This document shows positions 5,433 to 19,400 of a DNA stretch of 31,955 nucleotides, one piece after another. Origin of the DNA: a virus (taxonomy: Duplodnaviria; Caudoviricetes); the IMG/VR virus record IMGVR_UViG_3300020109_000084, positions 1 through 31,955 of that record, one strand, 5' to 3'. Under the pieces are notes generated by a model. That model saw only the letters and a list, made by a program, of their open reading frames with translations. It ran no database searches and was not told the DNA's origin. Made by a program: the position numbers and the translations under genes. Position 1 is the first letter of the stretch, and every line of letters begins with the position of its first letter.

Positions 5433-7453
5433 TGCTACCCACTAACTTAACAGCACTAGATTTTGAAGATATTAAGTCTTCAATTAAAAGTTATCTAAGA
5501 ACTCGATCAGAATTTAGTGATTATGAGTTTGAGGGATCTGCATTGTCGTACATGATCGACATATTAGCATATAACACATATTATGTTGCTTTTAATGCAA
5601 ATATGTCGATGAATGAAGCATTTTTAGCTTCAGCCACCGTTAGAGATAATGTTGTCAATATAGTAAAAGCATTAAATTATACTCCAAAATCAGTCACTGC
5701 TGCATATTGCTATCTACATCTACAAGTCCAAACCCAAGTTGGTGAAGATGGCACATATCCAAATAACATTACTTTGATTACTGGACCTACCGCTCAAGGT
5801 GGAAATTTTATTTGGAATCGTTTAGATCCAATGACGACTGAAGTAAATCAAACTACAGGTATTGGGGAGTTTAGATGTGTTAAATTGATGGAGGGATCAA
5901 TTGTAAATTTCTCCTATAGTGTTAACACTTTTGCGAGACAGAGATATGTAATTCCTAATGACTCTGTTGATACATCAACTCTCAAAGTTTCTGTTAGGGA
6001 TAATAAAACTAGTACGATATCCAATGTATTCAATAAAGTTGAAAATGTCACTGGAGTGCAGTCAATTGATAGAATTTATTTTTTAAGTGAAACTGAAGAT
6101 ATGCGTTATGAAATCTTTTTTGGGGATGGCGTAATTGGATCAAAGCTAGGTGATGGTCAAGTTATTGATTTAGAATACTTAGTTACTTCTGGTGAAAAGG
6201 CAAATGGGGTTAAGAGTTTTAGCTTTATTGGTAATTTTATTGATAGTAATGGTAATGAATATGATGTAAATGAAACTGACTATCAAATTGCCGAATATGC
6301 TCGTTTTGGTGATAAGGAAGAAACCATAGAAGAAATTAAATATTCTGCTCCAAGATGGTATAGTGCCCAATATCGAGCAGTAACAACTCAGGATTATGAA
6401 ACTATAGTTAAAAAAATCTATCCAAATACAAAAACTGTAGTTGCATTTGGTGGAGATAGTTTATATCCAGCGATTTATGGAAAAGTGTTTATTGCAATTA
6501 AGACAAAAACTGGATCCAAGTTAAACTCTGCTACTAAATTACAAATAGCAAATGATTTAAAACCATATGCGATTGCATCAATTCAACCAGTAGTAGTTGA
6601 TGCAGATTCAATTTTCATCAATAGTAAAATATTCATTACTTACGACCCTGCGTGCTCAAGCAGAAGTGTTTCTGCTATCGGTGCCAACGCACAAAATGCA
6701 ATTACTCAATGGGCTTCTCAAACTGGCATTAATAACTTTAATGGTCAATTTAGCTTAGCTAAATTACAAAAAGCAGTTTCTAACTCCGATAGATGTATAG
6801 CTGATATTTCAACACAGATTAGTCTTGTAAAGTATGTTAAACCAGATCCTGCACAAACAAACACATATTGTGTCAGTACTGGATCGCCAATTTATGATAG
6901 TGCCCCTGGTGGATCTAATACAGGTGATGCAGCTGCTTGTAAAAAAGAGCCAGTTATAAGATCATCTAGATTTAGGACTTTAGATAGACCAGATACGGAT
7001 CAATATTTTGAAGATGATGGATATGGTAATCTAATCGTTTATTACAGCAGTGGAAATCGTAAAATAGTAACGAATGATAAAGGTGGCACTGTTGATTATA
7101 AAACTGGTCAAATTTGTTTTGGTCCAGTTAGTATTATAGGTGCTGGCAATAATATTTTACCTGTAAATGATGGTGTTGTTGATACAAGTGTTACCGCAAC
7201 TTCTAGTATTGGACAGATTCAAATTGCAGTACAAATTATTCCGTCTAACAATTCTGTTATCATTACCCCAACTCCGTCTACTGTTTTTGATATGATTGTT
7301 CCAGTCATCTCAATTAATCCAATTGGAACAACATTACCTTCCAGTATCCCACTAAATAGTCTTACGCCAAGTGATTTTGAGATCACACCACCAACCATCG
7401 TAATTCCAGATATTGCAAATAATGGCGACATTGCTGGCATCTCTTGTTTTTGA
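5432..7453 (+). CDS. gp6: Baseplate wedge subunit gp6
   Basis: LDFEDIK...FSDYEFEGS...LAYNTYY...NEAFLASA...RDNVV, YEIFFGDG and RAVTTQDY motifs. It has a TAATG overlap with gp25. Confidence 0.95.
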   Translation: MLPTNLTALDFEDIKSSIKSYLRTRSEFSDYEFEGSALSYMIDILAYNTYYVAFNANMSMNEAFLASATVRDNVVNIVKALNYTPKSVTAAYCYLHLQVQTQVGEDGTYPNNITLITGPTAQGGNFIWNRLDPMTTEVNQTTGIGEFRCVKLMEGSIVNFSYSVNTFARQRYVIPNDSVDTSTLKVSVRDNKTSTISNVFNKVENVTGVQSIDRIYFLSETEDMRYEIFFGDGVIGSKLGDGQVIDLEYLVTSGEKANGVKSFSFIGNFIDSNGNEYDVNETDYQIAEYARFGDKEETIEEIKYSAPRWYSAQYRAVTTQDYETIVKKIYPNTKTVVAFGGDSLYPAIYGKVFIAIKTKTGSKLNSATKLQIANDLKPYAIASIQPVVVDADSIFINSKIFITYDPACSSRSVSAIGANAQNAITQWASQTGINNFNGQFSLAKLQKAVSNSDRCIADISTQISLVKYVKPDPAQTNTYCVSTGSPIYDSAPGGSNTGDAAACKKEPVIRSSRFRTLDRPDTDQYFEDDGYGNLIVYYSSGNRKIVTNDKGGTVDYKTGQICFGPVSIIGAGNNILPVNDGVVDTSVTATSSIGQIQIAVQIIPSNNSVIITPTPSTVFDMIVPVISINPIGTTLPSSIPLNSLTPSDFEITPPTIVIPDIANNGDIAGISCF

Positions 7454-7458
7454 AATAA

Positions 7459-10400
7459 ATGTCAATTAATAAAGTTTCCCAATCAATCAAGACGCTTGTA
7501 CCTGAGTATTTTCAAGAAAATTTTCCATTGTTTGAAAAATTTCTTGAGTATTACTATAAATCTCAAGAAAAATCTGGTTTAGGTCAGAATATTTTAAATC
7601 AGTTTCTTGATATATTGAATATTGATGATTTAAACGTTAATATTTTAGATGGATCAACAATTCTTGTTGAAAGTATTACTTCTCAGTCGGATACTCTTGT
7701 TGTTGAAAACGTAGATGGATTCTTAGAAACGAATGGAAGTATTTTAATTGGCAATGAAGTAATTTTTTATGAGAAATCAGTGCAATCCCCAAGCATTGCA
7801 CTGAGCCCTGGTGTAAACTATGGACAAGTAAAGCTAAAGTGGATAAACTTATTTAATCCTATTGAATTGTTTGATGGTGAGGAGGAAAGATTTACCTTAA
7901 AACTACAAAACTCACCAATAAGTGTACCATCTGCAGCGCACCTGTTAGTAACACTATATGGTAGAGTATTGGTGCCAGAAGTAGATTATACTATTGATGG
8001 AAATGATATTGTTTTTACAGTAGCACCAGCAGAAAAAACTCAATATGATGATCCAACATCAACATCTATTGTATATTTAAGAGGATTTTCAGACAACACC
8101 ATTTTTGAGTTGGATGATATTACATCTCAGTTTAGTGTAATTAAAAGCACATTTGTATTAAAAAATCAAGGAGTAAATTATACTCCAATTATTGATGAAT
8201 ATTTACTAATATTTTATAATGGTAGTGTATTAGTCCCAAGAGAAGATTACACTTTAGATGGAGATCAAATAACGTTTTCATTTATTCCTTTAGTTGGTAA
8301 TGATTTAAATATTTTTGCAATTGAGGCTCCTATTCCCACTTTTGGATCTGGTGCAATTGGATTCTCCCGTGTAAATGATGATGGAGAGCTCGTAGATGTT
8401 GTCGTTAAAAATTCTGGATCTCAATATAGATTTGAATATCCACCAAAAGTTTCTGTAAAGGGTGCTGCTGGTAGTAGTGGTGCATCAGTTACATCACTAG
8501 TAAATGGTATTAAATCAATTAAATTAATTAATGGTGGTAAAGGTTATCGTGATAATAATCCACCAAAGGTTAAAGTTGATCTTCCAACTATAGATGGAAG
8601 TAAAGCACCTGTTATTGAGGCGGTGGTTGAGGACGGCACTGTCACTTCGATTAATATAATTTCTTCTGGAAGTGGATATACATTCATTCCAAGAATTACC
8701 TTTGAGCAACCAACTGGTGCAGAAATTGGTGCGGTTACAGTTACAAACGGAGTAATAAACGAGAATTCAATATCAATTATTAGTGGTGGATCTGGGTATA
8801 CAACAGCACCATTAATTTATATTGCTCCACCAACAGGACTAAATGGAATCCAAGCAAAAATTAATGCTGTTTTAAATGACAATGGAGAGGTATCTCAGTT
8901 AGTTTTAGTGAATGCTGGCCAGGGGTATGAAGTTGCACCTAGAGTTGCTGTAATACAACCAACTGGTGCTCAAGTATTATATTCTACTGTTGATGCTGCT
9001 GGAAGACTAATTGATATTGAAATTCTTGATGGTGGTAGTGGATACGATGATGTACCATCAGTTTATATTGTTGATGATAGAGTCGATCCTGTCACTGGTC
9101 AGTACATTGGTGGAGTGGGTGCTAAAGCTTCAGCAGTAATTTTTAACGGTCAGATTACAGATATTAATATTACTAACTTTGGTGAAGGTTATAGTTCTTC
9201 TTTACCACCAAAGGTGATCATTCAATCTCCCCCTCCAGCACTAGCATCTGCCGATATTGGAGATGGTGAAGTAACTGGATTTGAGGTCGTAAGAAATGGA
9301 AGCGGATATCAAAAGTGTAAATTTGAAGGATGTGCTAGAGCTGCTAGTGGATTATTGAAATATACTGAAGAAGGAAATGCAGTATTTTCTGGATCAACAT
9401 CTGCTTCTGAGCACTTAAGTGGATCTTCTATTACTTGCTTAGATTCTGTCTTTGTTAGAAAGATATTAGACAAATATTCTGAGCAATATTTACCAGATGT
9501 TCCTAAACTAGATTTTGCTAATATTGATGTTAGGAATGCAATCAGAACAATTAAGACATTTTATTCAACTAAGGGTACCTCATTAAGTATCTCTTATCTT
9601 TTTAAATTATTGTATGGTGTAAATGCTACAGTTTCTTATCCAAGAGATCAAATTATTAAACCATCCGCCGCTACTTGGTCTGTCGGCACAGTTCTTCGTG
9701 CCACATTAGAAAGCGGTGATCCTATTAATATTAAGGATTCTACAGTACAACAGTTTGCTGATATTGCAGATACTAATGTAAGATATGCAACTGCTCTAGT
9801 TGAGAATTATCTTGCAATTCAAACTTCCGAAGAACCACTTTATGAATTAGTGCTTTCTGCTGGATCTATACAGGGGTCATTTGTAGTTCCATATAAGACA
9901 AAGTTAGCTGAGCCAATTACAGAAGATACTAATATTATTACTGTAGACTCCACTATTGGTTGGCCTGAAAGAAATGGAGAATTTGTAATTAATGGAAATG
10001 AAATTGTTAGATATAAGGAAAAATCACTAAATCAGTTTATTGAATGCACTAGGGGATCTTCTAAAACTACACCTCAAAATTGGGATTCTGCCACTGAAAT
10101 TATATCAAACTTTAAAATATATTTAAATTACGGTACTGCTCAAGAAGTAGTGCTGAATATTGTTGGTATTGTTGATGCTCAACAAACTAAACTGACAGAT
10201 ACTGGATCTTATTATTTTCCTGGAGATAAATTAGCAGTTTCAAAATTGGGAGGCACTGCAGATATTCCCCAACTAAAAACTTGGATTTATAACGTTAAAA
10301 AAATTGTTAAAGCTACCAATCTTACATTTGGTGGCGTAAATAATAGATTTGCTACAGTTACTTGTGACGTTTCTCATGGATTATTAGTTGGTGATCAAGT

Positions 10401-13400
10401 TACAATATATGGTGCAAACCCAACCATTTATAATGGAACGTTTGAAGTTACTTCTAGAGATTCGGATACTGTTTTCCAATATCAGTTACCTCAACCAGCA
10501 ACTTTAAATCCTCAAGGTACAATCCTTATCTCTGTTGATTTGAATAAGGGCAAATCTTTAACTACTTCAATTAATACCGCTATTTCACCATACACTACGA
10601 ATGTACAAAATGCATTTTTCAACACGGATTATGTGTATGTAGCTTCTACTGGTATTCCTAACTATAATATTGGACCTTTTGTTGGATCTGCTCTTCTTCC
10701 AGGTAATCAAAGAAAATTAAATAGATTTTCCTTGGTAACACAGACAAGATCTACAAAAAATGCCACTCTTCCAGGATCTATCGCCACACTAATTAACGGA
10801 GTATCTGTATGGTCATATAAATCTGCAGAAACAAAAAAATATGGTTTTGTTAAACAAATTCTTATTGAAAATTCTGGATCTGGATATGATGCTGGGAATC
10901 CACCCGTCTTAACTATATCTGATGGTGGTGGATCTGGAGCAACTGCAAAAGTTATTGTTGATGGATCTTTAACTGCAGTCAAAGTAGATAATCAAGGTAA
11001 TGGGTATACTTCCAGCCCACTAGTGTCTATTGTTGGTGGAGGTGGATCTGGTGCTTCAGCAACAGCAATTATTACAAAAGGTAAGGTATCTAATATACTG
11101 ATCAATAATGGTGGATCTGGATATACATCAAAACCTGAGATTAGTATCGTCGGCGGCGGTGGTTCTGGCGCAACTGGCACCGCAGTTGTAAGAGGTCCGA
11201 TTAAAAGTGTTTTAGTTACGGATGGAGGTGAAGATTATACAGCAGATCCAAATGTAACCCTAAGCTCTGGCGTTGGCGCAGCTGCTCAACCAATTATTAG
11301 CAATGGTAGAATTGTATCTATTGCAGTAATTTCTGGCGGTGTTGGATATACTACCGCTCCAGAAGTAACAATACAGGGGGAAGGTTTTGGTGCTGTTGCT
11401 AGAGCAGTTATTGACTTAGATGGCGAAAATGCTGGAAAAGTCACATCTATTGTGATCTTAAACAAGGGTATTGGATATAAGTCTGGTACAACATTGATAA
11501 ATTTAACCTCCATTGGTCAAAATGCAGTATTTGATGCACAATTATCAGAATGGACATTTAATCTTGAAAAAACTACAACTTACGATTCTGCACGAGGATC
11601 AATTTTCACTGGGTATAATACTCAGTATGGCGGAGAGTATGCTCACGTTTCAAATCCACAAAGATTAAGATATATTCTTGGTGATAATCTGTTTATTGTA
11701 AATGACGAAATTCAAGAGAAAACTGAGCAACTTGAGCATTCTCCTATTTTGGGTTGGGCGTTTGATGGAAATCCAATTTACGGTCCTTATGCATTTTCTG
11801 ACCCTACTAGCACTACATCACCAATTTCTAGAATGCGTAGTTCCTATGCATTAAAATCTAATGTAATCTATGATTCTATAATTAATCCATATCCAGCAAG
11901 AGTGCAGGGGCCTTCATTAGATGAATATCCTGTTGGTGATTTTGTTGAAGATTACGAATATAATTTTGCAAGTGGTGATTTAGATCAATATAATGGTAGA
12001 TTCTGTAAAACACCAGATTTTCCTAATGGTCAGTACTGCTATTTTATAACCATTGATGCTAGTGCAGATGGCAATCCTGTTTTCCCATACATAATCGGTC
12101 CAAATTATAATTCTTTAGTTGATGAATGGAATTTGAGTGCCTCTGCAATTCAGCAGAATATTCCAACTGGAGTTGTCAGATATCGTGATCCATATGAGAA
12201 TGTTGATATTGATGTTGAAAGAACTCCAAATGCATCTCAAAATTCAATTACTCTAGAAAATGGGGATATTCTAAGATTTGAAATTGAAGATGAAAATAGA
12301 GATGGCATCATATCTCCTGATGAAACTTCTGATCCAGATGAAATATTAGAAGAGGCACCTCTTCAGATATTTGATTATTTTCCAAAAGTTAAATTTGATT
12401 CTAAAGTTGATATTGAAGTAGAAACTACTACAAAATTTGAAGATGCCTCTGTAACAGGATTTACAGTTGAAAATCCAGGACAAAACTATCAAGTTAATGA
12501 TATTCTAATATTTGATAATACTGGTACTAATGGAAATGGAGCTTCAGCTAGAATTTCCAGAATTGGAGGAGAAAAAGTAGAAGCTTATACTTATGAAATT
12601 TTAGATGATAAAATTTATGGCACAATCACAACTACAGTTCCACATACTTTATTGAGTGGTGATAAAATTTATGTTGACTATAGTCCAATAATGGACAATA
12701 CAAATAAAACATTTGTTGTTCGTCAATTTAAGGGTATCGAAGAAATTGTAGTTACTCAAAACGGTAGTGGATATAACGAAGATATTCCTTCAGTAATTAC
12801 GGTTAGTGGTGATGGGAAATCTGGATCTGTAGAATCTGTAGTAGATAGCCTTGGTGCTATTTCGCAAGTTAATATTACTAATTCTGGAAATTCATATACT
12901 AGTAATCCACGTCTCCTAATTTCACATCCTCAAATATTCAAAAAAGCGCAATATTGGGTCTCTCGTGCATCTGGAGGACAATCAAAGATTAAGATCAATG
13001 ATGTTATAGTTACAACATCGAAACAAGTATACATTTGTGGATCATCTGTTGATAGTAACGGTAATACAATTGGATTTTTCTCTAAGTTGACCGCAGATGG
13101 AGCAGAAGAATATTCAAAAACTCTCAATTCAAATCTTCCAGTTGGTGTACCGACAAATCTTGAATTTAAGAAGATGGTGGTCGATAATGGCAATATTTGG
13201 ATTGTCGGACAAAATTCTCCAAATAGTAGTTCTCTTTCTGTTTATAATCCAGATATTATTTTAGTAAAATACACAGAGGCTGTAGATGGATTGAGTGCAA
13301 GTTTATCATTTCAAAAGGCATATGCTGGTATTTCTGGATCTACAAGATCTGATAATATCACTTCTCTTGTAAAAATTTCAACAAATAGATTTGCAATCGG

Positions 13401-16400
13401 AGGATTCACAAATACAAATTCTACATCTGCTTTTGATGCATTTATTGGTGTAATTGATACAGCTGGTTCTTTTGTTACTAAGAGAAAATTAGCTTCAGCT
13501 ACTGGATCTGAAAAATTAACCTCAATGCAGTTGGTAGATGGATCTTTATTCTTTACCTTAGAAACTTCTACAACATCTTCATCTACTAATACTAACCTAT
13601 CTTTAGGAAAAGTTACAGTATTATCAACTTCTATAGAAGTTGTGTGGATAAAAGAGCAATCCAATGCAAATTATGCATTTACTGATATAAATCTAACATC
13701 TGATGAATATGGTGAGTTATATGTTGTTGCTACATGTAGATTAAAAGCAACTCCATCAATTACTGATAGTTTCTGGGTTGGTAAGTATGATCAAAGTGGC
13801 AATCAGATATGGAATTACAGATATACTACTGGATCAAATAGCACCAAAGTAGCAACCAAATCTTCAGTTGATATTTTTGGTGATCTTCATTTTGCGTATA
13901 GCGCAGTAAATACTTCAGCAGAAACTCTACCAGTTGGAGCAAACACAAATTATTCTGGTGAGATTTATGGTGGAAATGTAAAAATTAAATATGATGGCAC
14001 TCTACTAACTCATACTAAAGAAAGATTTATACCATCTACATCTGGATCTAATATTGAAGGTTTCTATCCAATCACTATCGAAACTGATAATTCTGGTGAT
14101 AATTATGTATTTGGGCAATCTTACATTAATAGGAATGAATTTGTCTACGATTTTAACGGGGCTCCTGTGATTGGAGATGCAACAGGAAACACTGCATATG
14201 ATAAAACAAATCACTATACTCCAACTTTAGTTGGTACTGGATCTGGAGCAAATCAAGCATTAATATTTGGGAGTGGTTATGCAACAATAAGAGGTTACAC
14301 TACTACGATTGCAACAACCGTAACTGCTTACATAAAGCATTTGGGATCTGCTTTAGGTAGTAAACTTGCTGGTGATTGGACATTTGATATGTTGGTTCAT
14401 AAACCATCATCCATACAGCACTCATCAAATACTAATATAACCCTATTTGCAATAGGTGATGCAACAACCACAACTGGAGGTCTATGGCTAGGATATGATA
14501 TTTCCACTGGTAAGTTAAAACTTACAGTTACTAATAATGTAACAGCATTAACAGCGGCCTCTGGATCATTAGAATCATCGCAAACAAATATGTGGTTCAA
14601 TGATCGTTGGCAATTTATTGGATTAAGAAAATCTGGTAATGTTTTTACTGCTTACGTAAATGGTATTGAAGTCATGACTGGAACAGTCCAGTCAACATCT
14701 TTAGGAAATAAAGATGTTTATATTGGGAATCAACCTGGATGGGGTGGTGTCGCTGGTGCATTTACTGCAGACCGTCAAGGACGATTCCATGTAGATTTTA
14801 TTAGATTGAGAAGTTATGCAGTAATACCATCAGTACCATCCGACTGTATTACTCTTCCAGCAACTCAAAACTTCCCACTAACATATGATTGGGTTGATGA
14901 TGCATGGTTTAGTAATAATTTAGATCGTTATGATTATGTGGAATCATATGGATCTGGAATTAAGAGTGATAAAGACCAAGACCTTGTTAGATTGGTCACA
15001 AATGATTTCCAAGATAATACAACCTTTACCTTACAAAGAGAGACTGTATCATCATCAGCAAGTACCTTAACTATTTCATCTGCTGGTTATACACTTGGTA
15101 ATGCTGGATTGCAAATTCTTGATTTTTCTGAGGCAACAACACTATACGTTTCAGACTTAACAAATATCAACTATGTTTCTGATATTTGGTCCTTCAGAAA
15201 TGCAACTGTACCATCACCAGGATCTCAAAAATTAAAGGCGGAAGCAATTGTTAAAAATAGATATTATTTTAAAGTAACTAATACTAAAAAGATTGATAAT
15301 ATCCAAAAGTTAACGATTAATCAAGCATTTAACTTTACTGTTGGTGCAAAACTGGTCTTAAAAAATACATCTGGAAATTTTGTCAATAGTGGATATATTG
15401 TTAAGGTAGATAAAACTTTAAATCAAGTATATCTTGCTGTAAATAATAATTCTTGGTTAAATGATTTAAATACTGGTAGATTATCTACAGAAAGATTTGA
15501 TGAGCAAACAACTTTTGGTATTCGTGGGCCAGTAGTAAGTGACACAAATATATTTGATTATTATGTTTTTAGTGAGGTAACTAATACAACACCTGGTACA
15601 TTTGTAATTAATCTATCTAATTATGGTACACCTTCACCAGTTGGAGGTATTGATAATCTTGATGAGTATGCAACATTCCAACCATATAGTGCAACAGCAA
15701 TCTATCAGGTAAGGATTAACAGCATCAGTGGCACATCTCCATATATTCCAGGATCTGTAATTTCGCTAACAAACAGTAATATATCTTTTAATGCTGCTTA
15801 TAATATTTTAACTATTACTGGTTTGACGGCGGTAACAAATATCACTCTTACCACAAATCTTAATAAGATTTTACAAGTAACTGCAGTTAGCAATACTGAT
15901 CAAGTTTATGTGATTACCACAAATTCTCATTATCTAAGTGAAGGATCACAAATATATGTTGATGGTAATCCAAGTCAAACTGTAAGTAATGTTGTATATG
16001 ATGAGTATGATGGGTCATTCGCTGTAGATAAGATTATTAGTAAAAAAGAATTTACTTATAAATTACCATCGGTTGCAATTACAAGTCCATCTACAATTCC
16101 AAATGATGTCAGTATCTTTATTAAATCTCCAAACCTGAAGATGTATTATGGGCATCAATATATTTTTGATATGTCCCATTCATCTCTTCTTGGAGCAAAC
16201 CTATCTTTCTCAAAAGATAGTTTAAATAAACTTGAATATTCTTTTAACTCTATTGAAAGAATTGGCACTCCAGGTATTGTATTATCAGGAAGTCCACCTT
16301 CAGTCAAGTTAAAAGTTGATAAAGAATATATTACGAATATTTCTTATTACTTTGATCCATCTAGAAGTGGTGATGATAGCCCTATTTCCTCAGGAGCATT

Positions 16401-19400
16401 TTTAGATATTGGTAATAGTCCTTATATTGGACCATTTGATGTTGTGTCCACTTCTGGAGGAAATATCACCACTGGTGATAATGCAATGACGTTTATTCTT
16501 AAATCAGAACCAGAAGGCGTTGCCATTCCTGAGCAGACATCATATTCTACCGATTCTACACGAGCTGTTGGCCCTATTGCCAATATTCGTTTAGTCAGTG
16601 GTGGTGGATTTTATCAGAGATTGCCAATCGTTACTGGAATTGAATCAACTAGAAAAATTGAAAGAGTTGAAATTGAAGATCCTGGTACTGAATATGCGAA
16701 TGGCACTTATGATAACGTGCCAATTCAGGGAGATGGTGAAGGTGGATTAGTCACAATAATTGTTGACAATACAACTGATGAAGAAGCTAATATCATCCCA
16801 GGACAGATTGTTGATGTAACTGTGTCTTCTCCTGGTAAAAATTATACAACTGCATTTATTGATGTTGATGGGATTCCTGGAATTCTAGGCACTGGACTTA
16901 CTGGATCTGGTGCGGTATTGAATGTGGTTATTCCACCAATTGGAACTGGAGCATCTATTTTTACTAAAGGATCTAGTGTAGGAAAAATCAAGAAATTAAA
17001 AAATAATAATTTTGGATTTGATTACACTCATGATTATACGCTCCGTCCAGAAATAACCTTCCCAGTTAATGCCCAATTAATTAATACTAGCGTATTATCT
17101 AGTATTAGAGTAACCAATCCTGGTAATGGTTATTCACAACCACCTGCAGTTATAATTACTGGCGGCGGCGGATCAGGTGCTATTGCTGAATCTACCATAA
17201 GAAATGGAAGACTGGAGCAAATTTATATTAAAGATCCTGGATCTGGATATTCATCAGAACCAACAGTTGAATTGAAATCTTCATTCAACTATATTATTAA
17301 TTTAGATCTTGGACTACTACAATTTGCTTTTCCACATGGAATTGTAAATGGTGCGCCAGTAACATTAAACGTTGTTGATATTGGAGATGGTGCAGAATTT
17401 CCACTTGCCGCTGGATCTATCGGTAGATTAAATGGCACCACAACTTACTATGCAATCTCTGGAGTTGAGAATTCTCTAGAAGATGATCAATTACAATTAG
17501 CACTTACCGAATCTAATGCTGAATTAGGAGATGCCATAACATTTGTCAATGCTGGTCTAGGAAGACAGCAACTTTTAACCACTTCATTTGGTGGATCAGC
17601 TGAGGCTACGGTTGAAACTTCTACCTTCTTAGAAGGTGAATTGGTATATCAAGGACCAAGTTTTGCTACTGCCACTGCTACTGGATATGTTTCAACAAAT
17701 GGTGGATGGCAAATTGGACCTAGACTGCTGAAAATTACTGATAGAAATGGAGATTTTGTAGTTAATGAGAAAATAACAGGTGTTATTTCAAAATCATCTG
17801 GCACGATTGCTGAATTGAATATTGCAAAGGGTGTTTTAGAAATTGGAGCAATTACTAAGACATCTGGACAATTTATTGATGATATTGGAAAACCGTCAGA
17901 AATTGTACAAAGAGTGCAAGATTCTTACTATTATCAAGATTTCTCATATGCTATCGACTCTTCAATATTAATTAATGACTGGAAAGATCCAGTTATTAAG
18001 AATGTGCATCCAGCATCATTTAAGGTTTTTGGTCAATTGAGTCTAAATGAAAATTCATATATTGCTAACAGAGAAACAGATTTTTCATTAACAAAGTCTG
18101 TAGAATTGGCTAGAGAAGCAATTGTACCAAATATTCAAGATTTTACCCTAGTTGAGCCAATTTATCAGGATTTTAATAATACTGAAGTTTTATTCAGACA
18201 GAGGAGACTTACATCTTCTGAGCAAATTTTGACTTCAACCGTACAAAGATTGGATGATATTTCACCACTATTTGACGGGGAAAGAATTTCATTCCCATTA
18301 ACTGTAGATGGCCAGCAAGTTATTGCAAATGAAAATCAATTAATGGTTATTTTGAATGGAATTGCACAAACTCCTGGCACTTCATTTGAAATTCAAAGTA
18401 ATTCAATTGTATTTGCTCAGCCACCAGCACCTCCAGCAAAAGTGCAATATGCTGTTGCAGAAATAGAGCAAATTGATACTATCAAACTGACATTTAATAA
18501 TGTCAGTGGATTTTATCCTCTGGTTGGAAATACTATAACAGGATCTCTTGCAGGACCACCAAAATTAGTTGTTACTCTTGTAGAGGGCAATGATGTATAT
18601 GGATACATGACTCAAGGCAACTTTACCATTGGTGAATTTGTCACTGCAGGATCAACTGGTTTTGCTGGAAATATTGCAACAAAAGCAGATATTGATAATA
18701 TTGGTCTATACATTTTTGGCGAGACAATTAGGAATTTGCAGGGCAAAACTGCAAAAGTTGAAGAAGTAAACTTGGCAACTGGATCCGATACTCCAATTGC
18801 AGAACTTAGATTCTCAATTGGTATTGGAACTACGACATTTGAAGTTGTACAAACTGATGGATCTGGTCCTGTTGGTGCTGCCACTTTTGTTAGTGGTAAA
18901 AATTACCAAATTGGATCAGAACTTATTAAAGTTACTGATGTATCACAAGGATCGCAATCAACAACAATTACAGTACAAAGAGCACAATCTGGTACTACAG
19001 CTGTCAATTACAATGAAGCGACACCAATTTATGGCACAGAAATTCAAGTAACTAATGAACTTGTTATTAGTAAAACTACTGGTACTTACCAATCAACGCC
19101 AGGACTGTTTGATATTAAAGTTAATGATGTTATTGTTGCTGCTGGATCAAAGGTAGTCTCTAGAGTTTTAGCATTATCAGTTTATAAAGTTAAAGATACT
19201 AATGAGAGTATCCCAAGTGTTACTATTTCTGATGGATCTGCATTCTTTGCATTCCTATTCAATAGAATTACTTCTGCTAATTATCCAAATACAATTATTG
19301 ATGACTTATCAAAATCGATTGTATCTTTAGTTGATTTTAATGATAATCAAACTCCATTTAATGCTAAATTCCCATCAACAGAATTCATTAGTAATAATGT

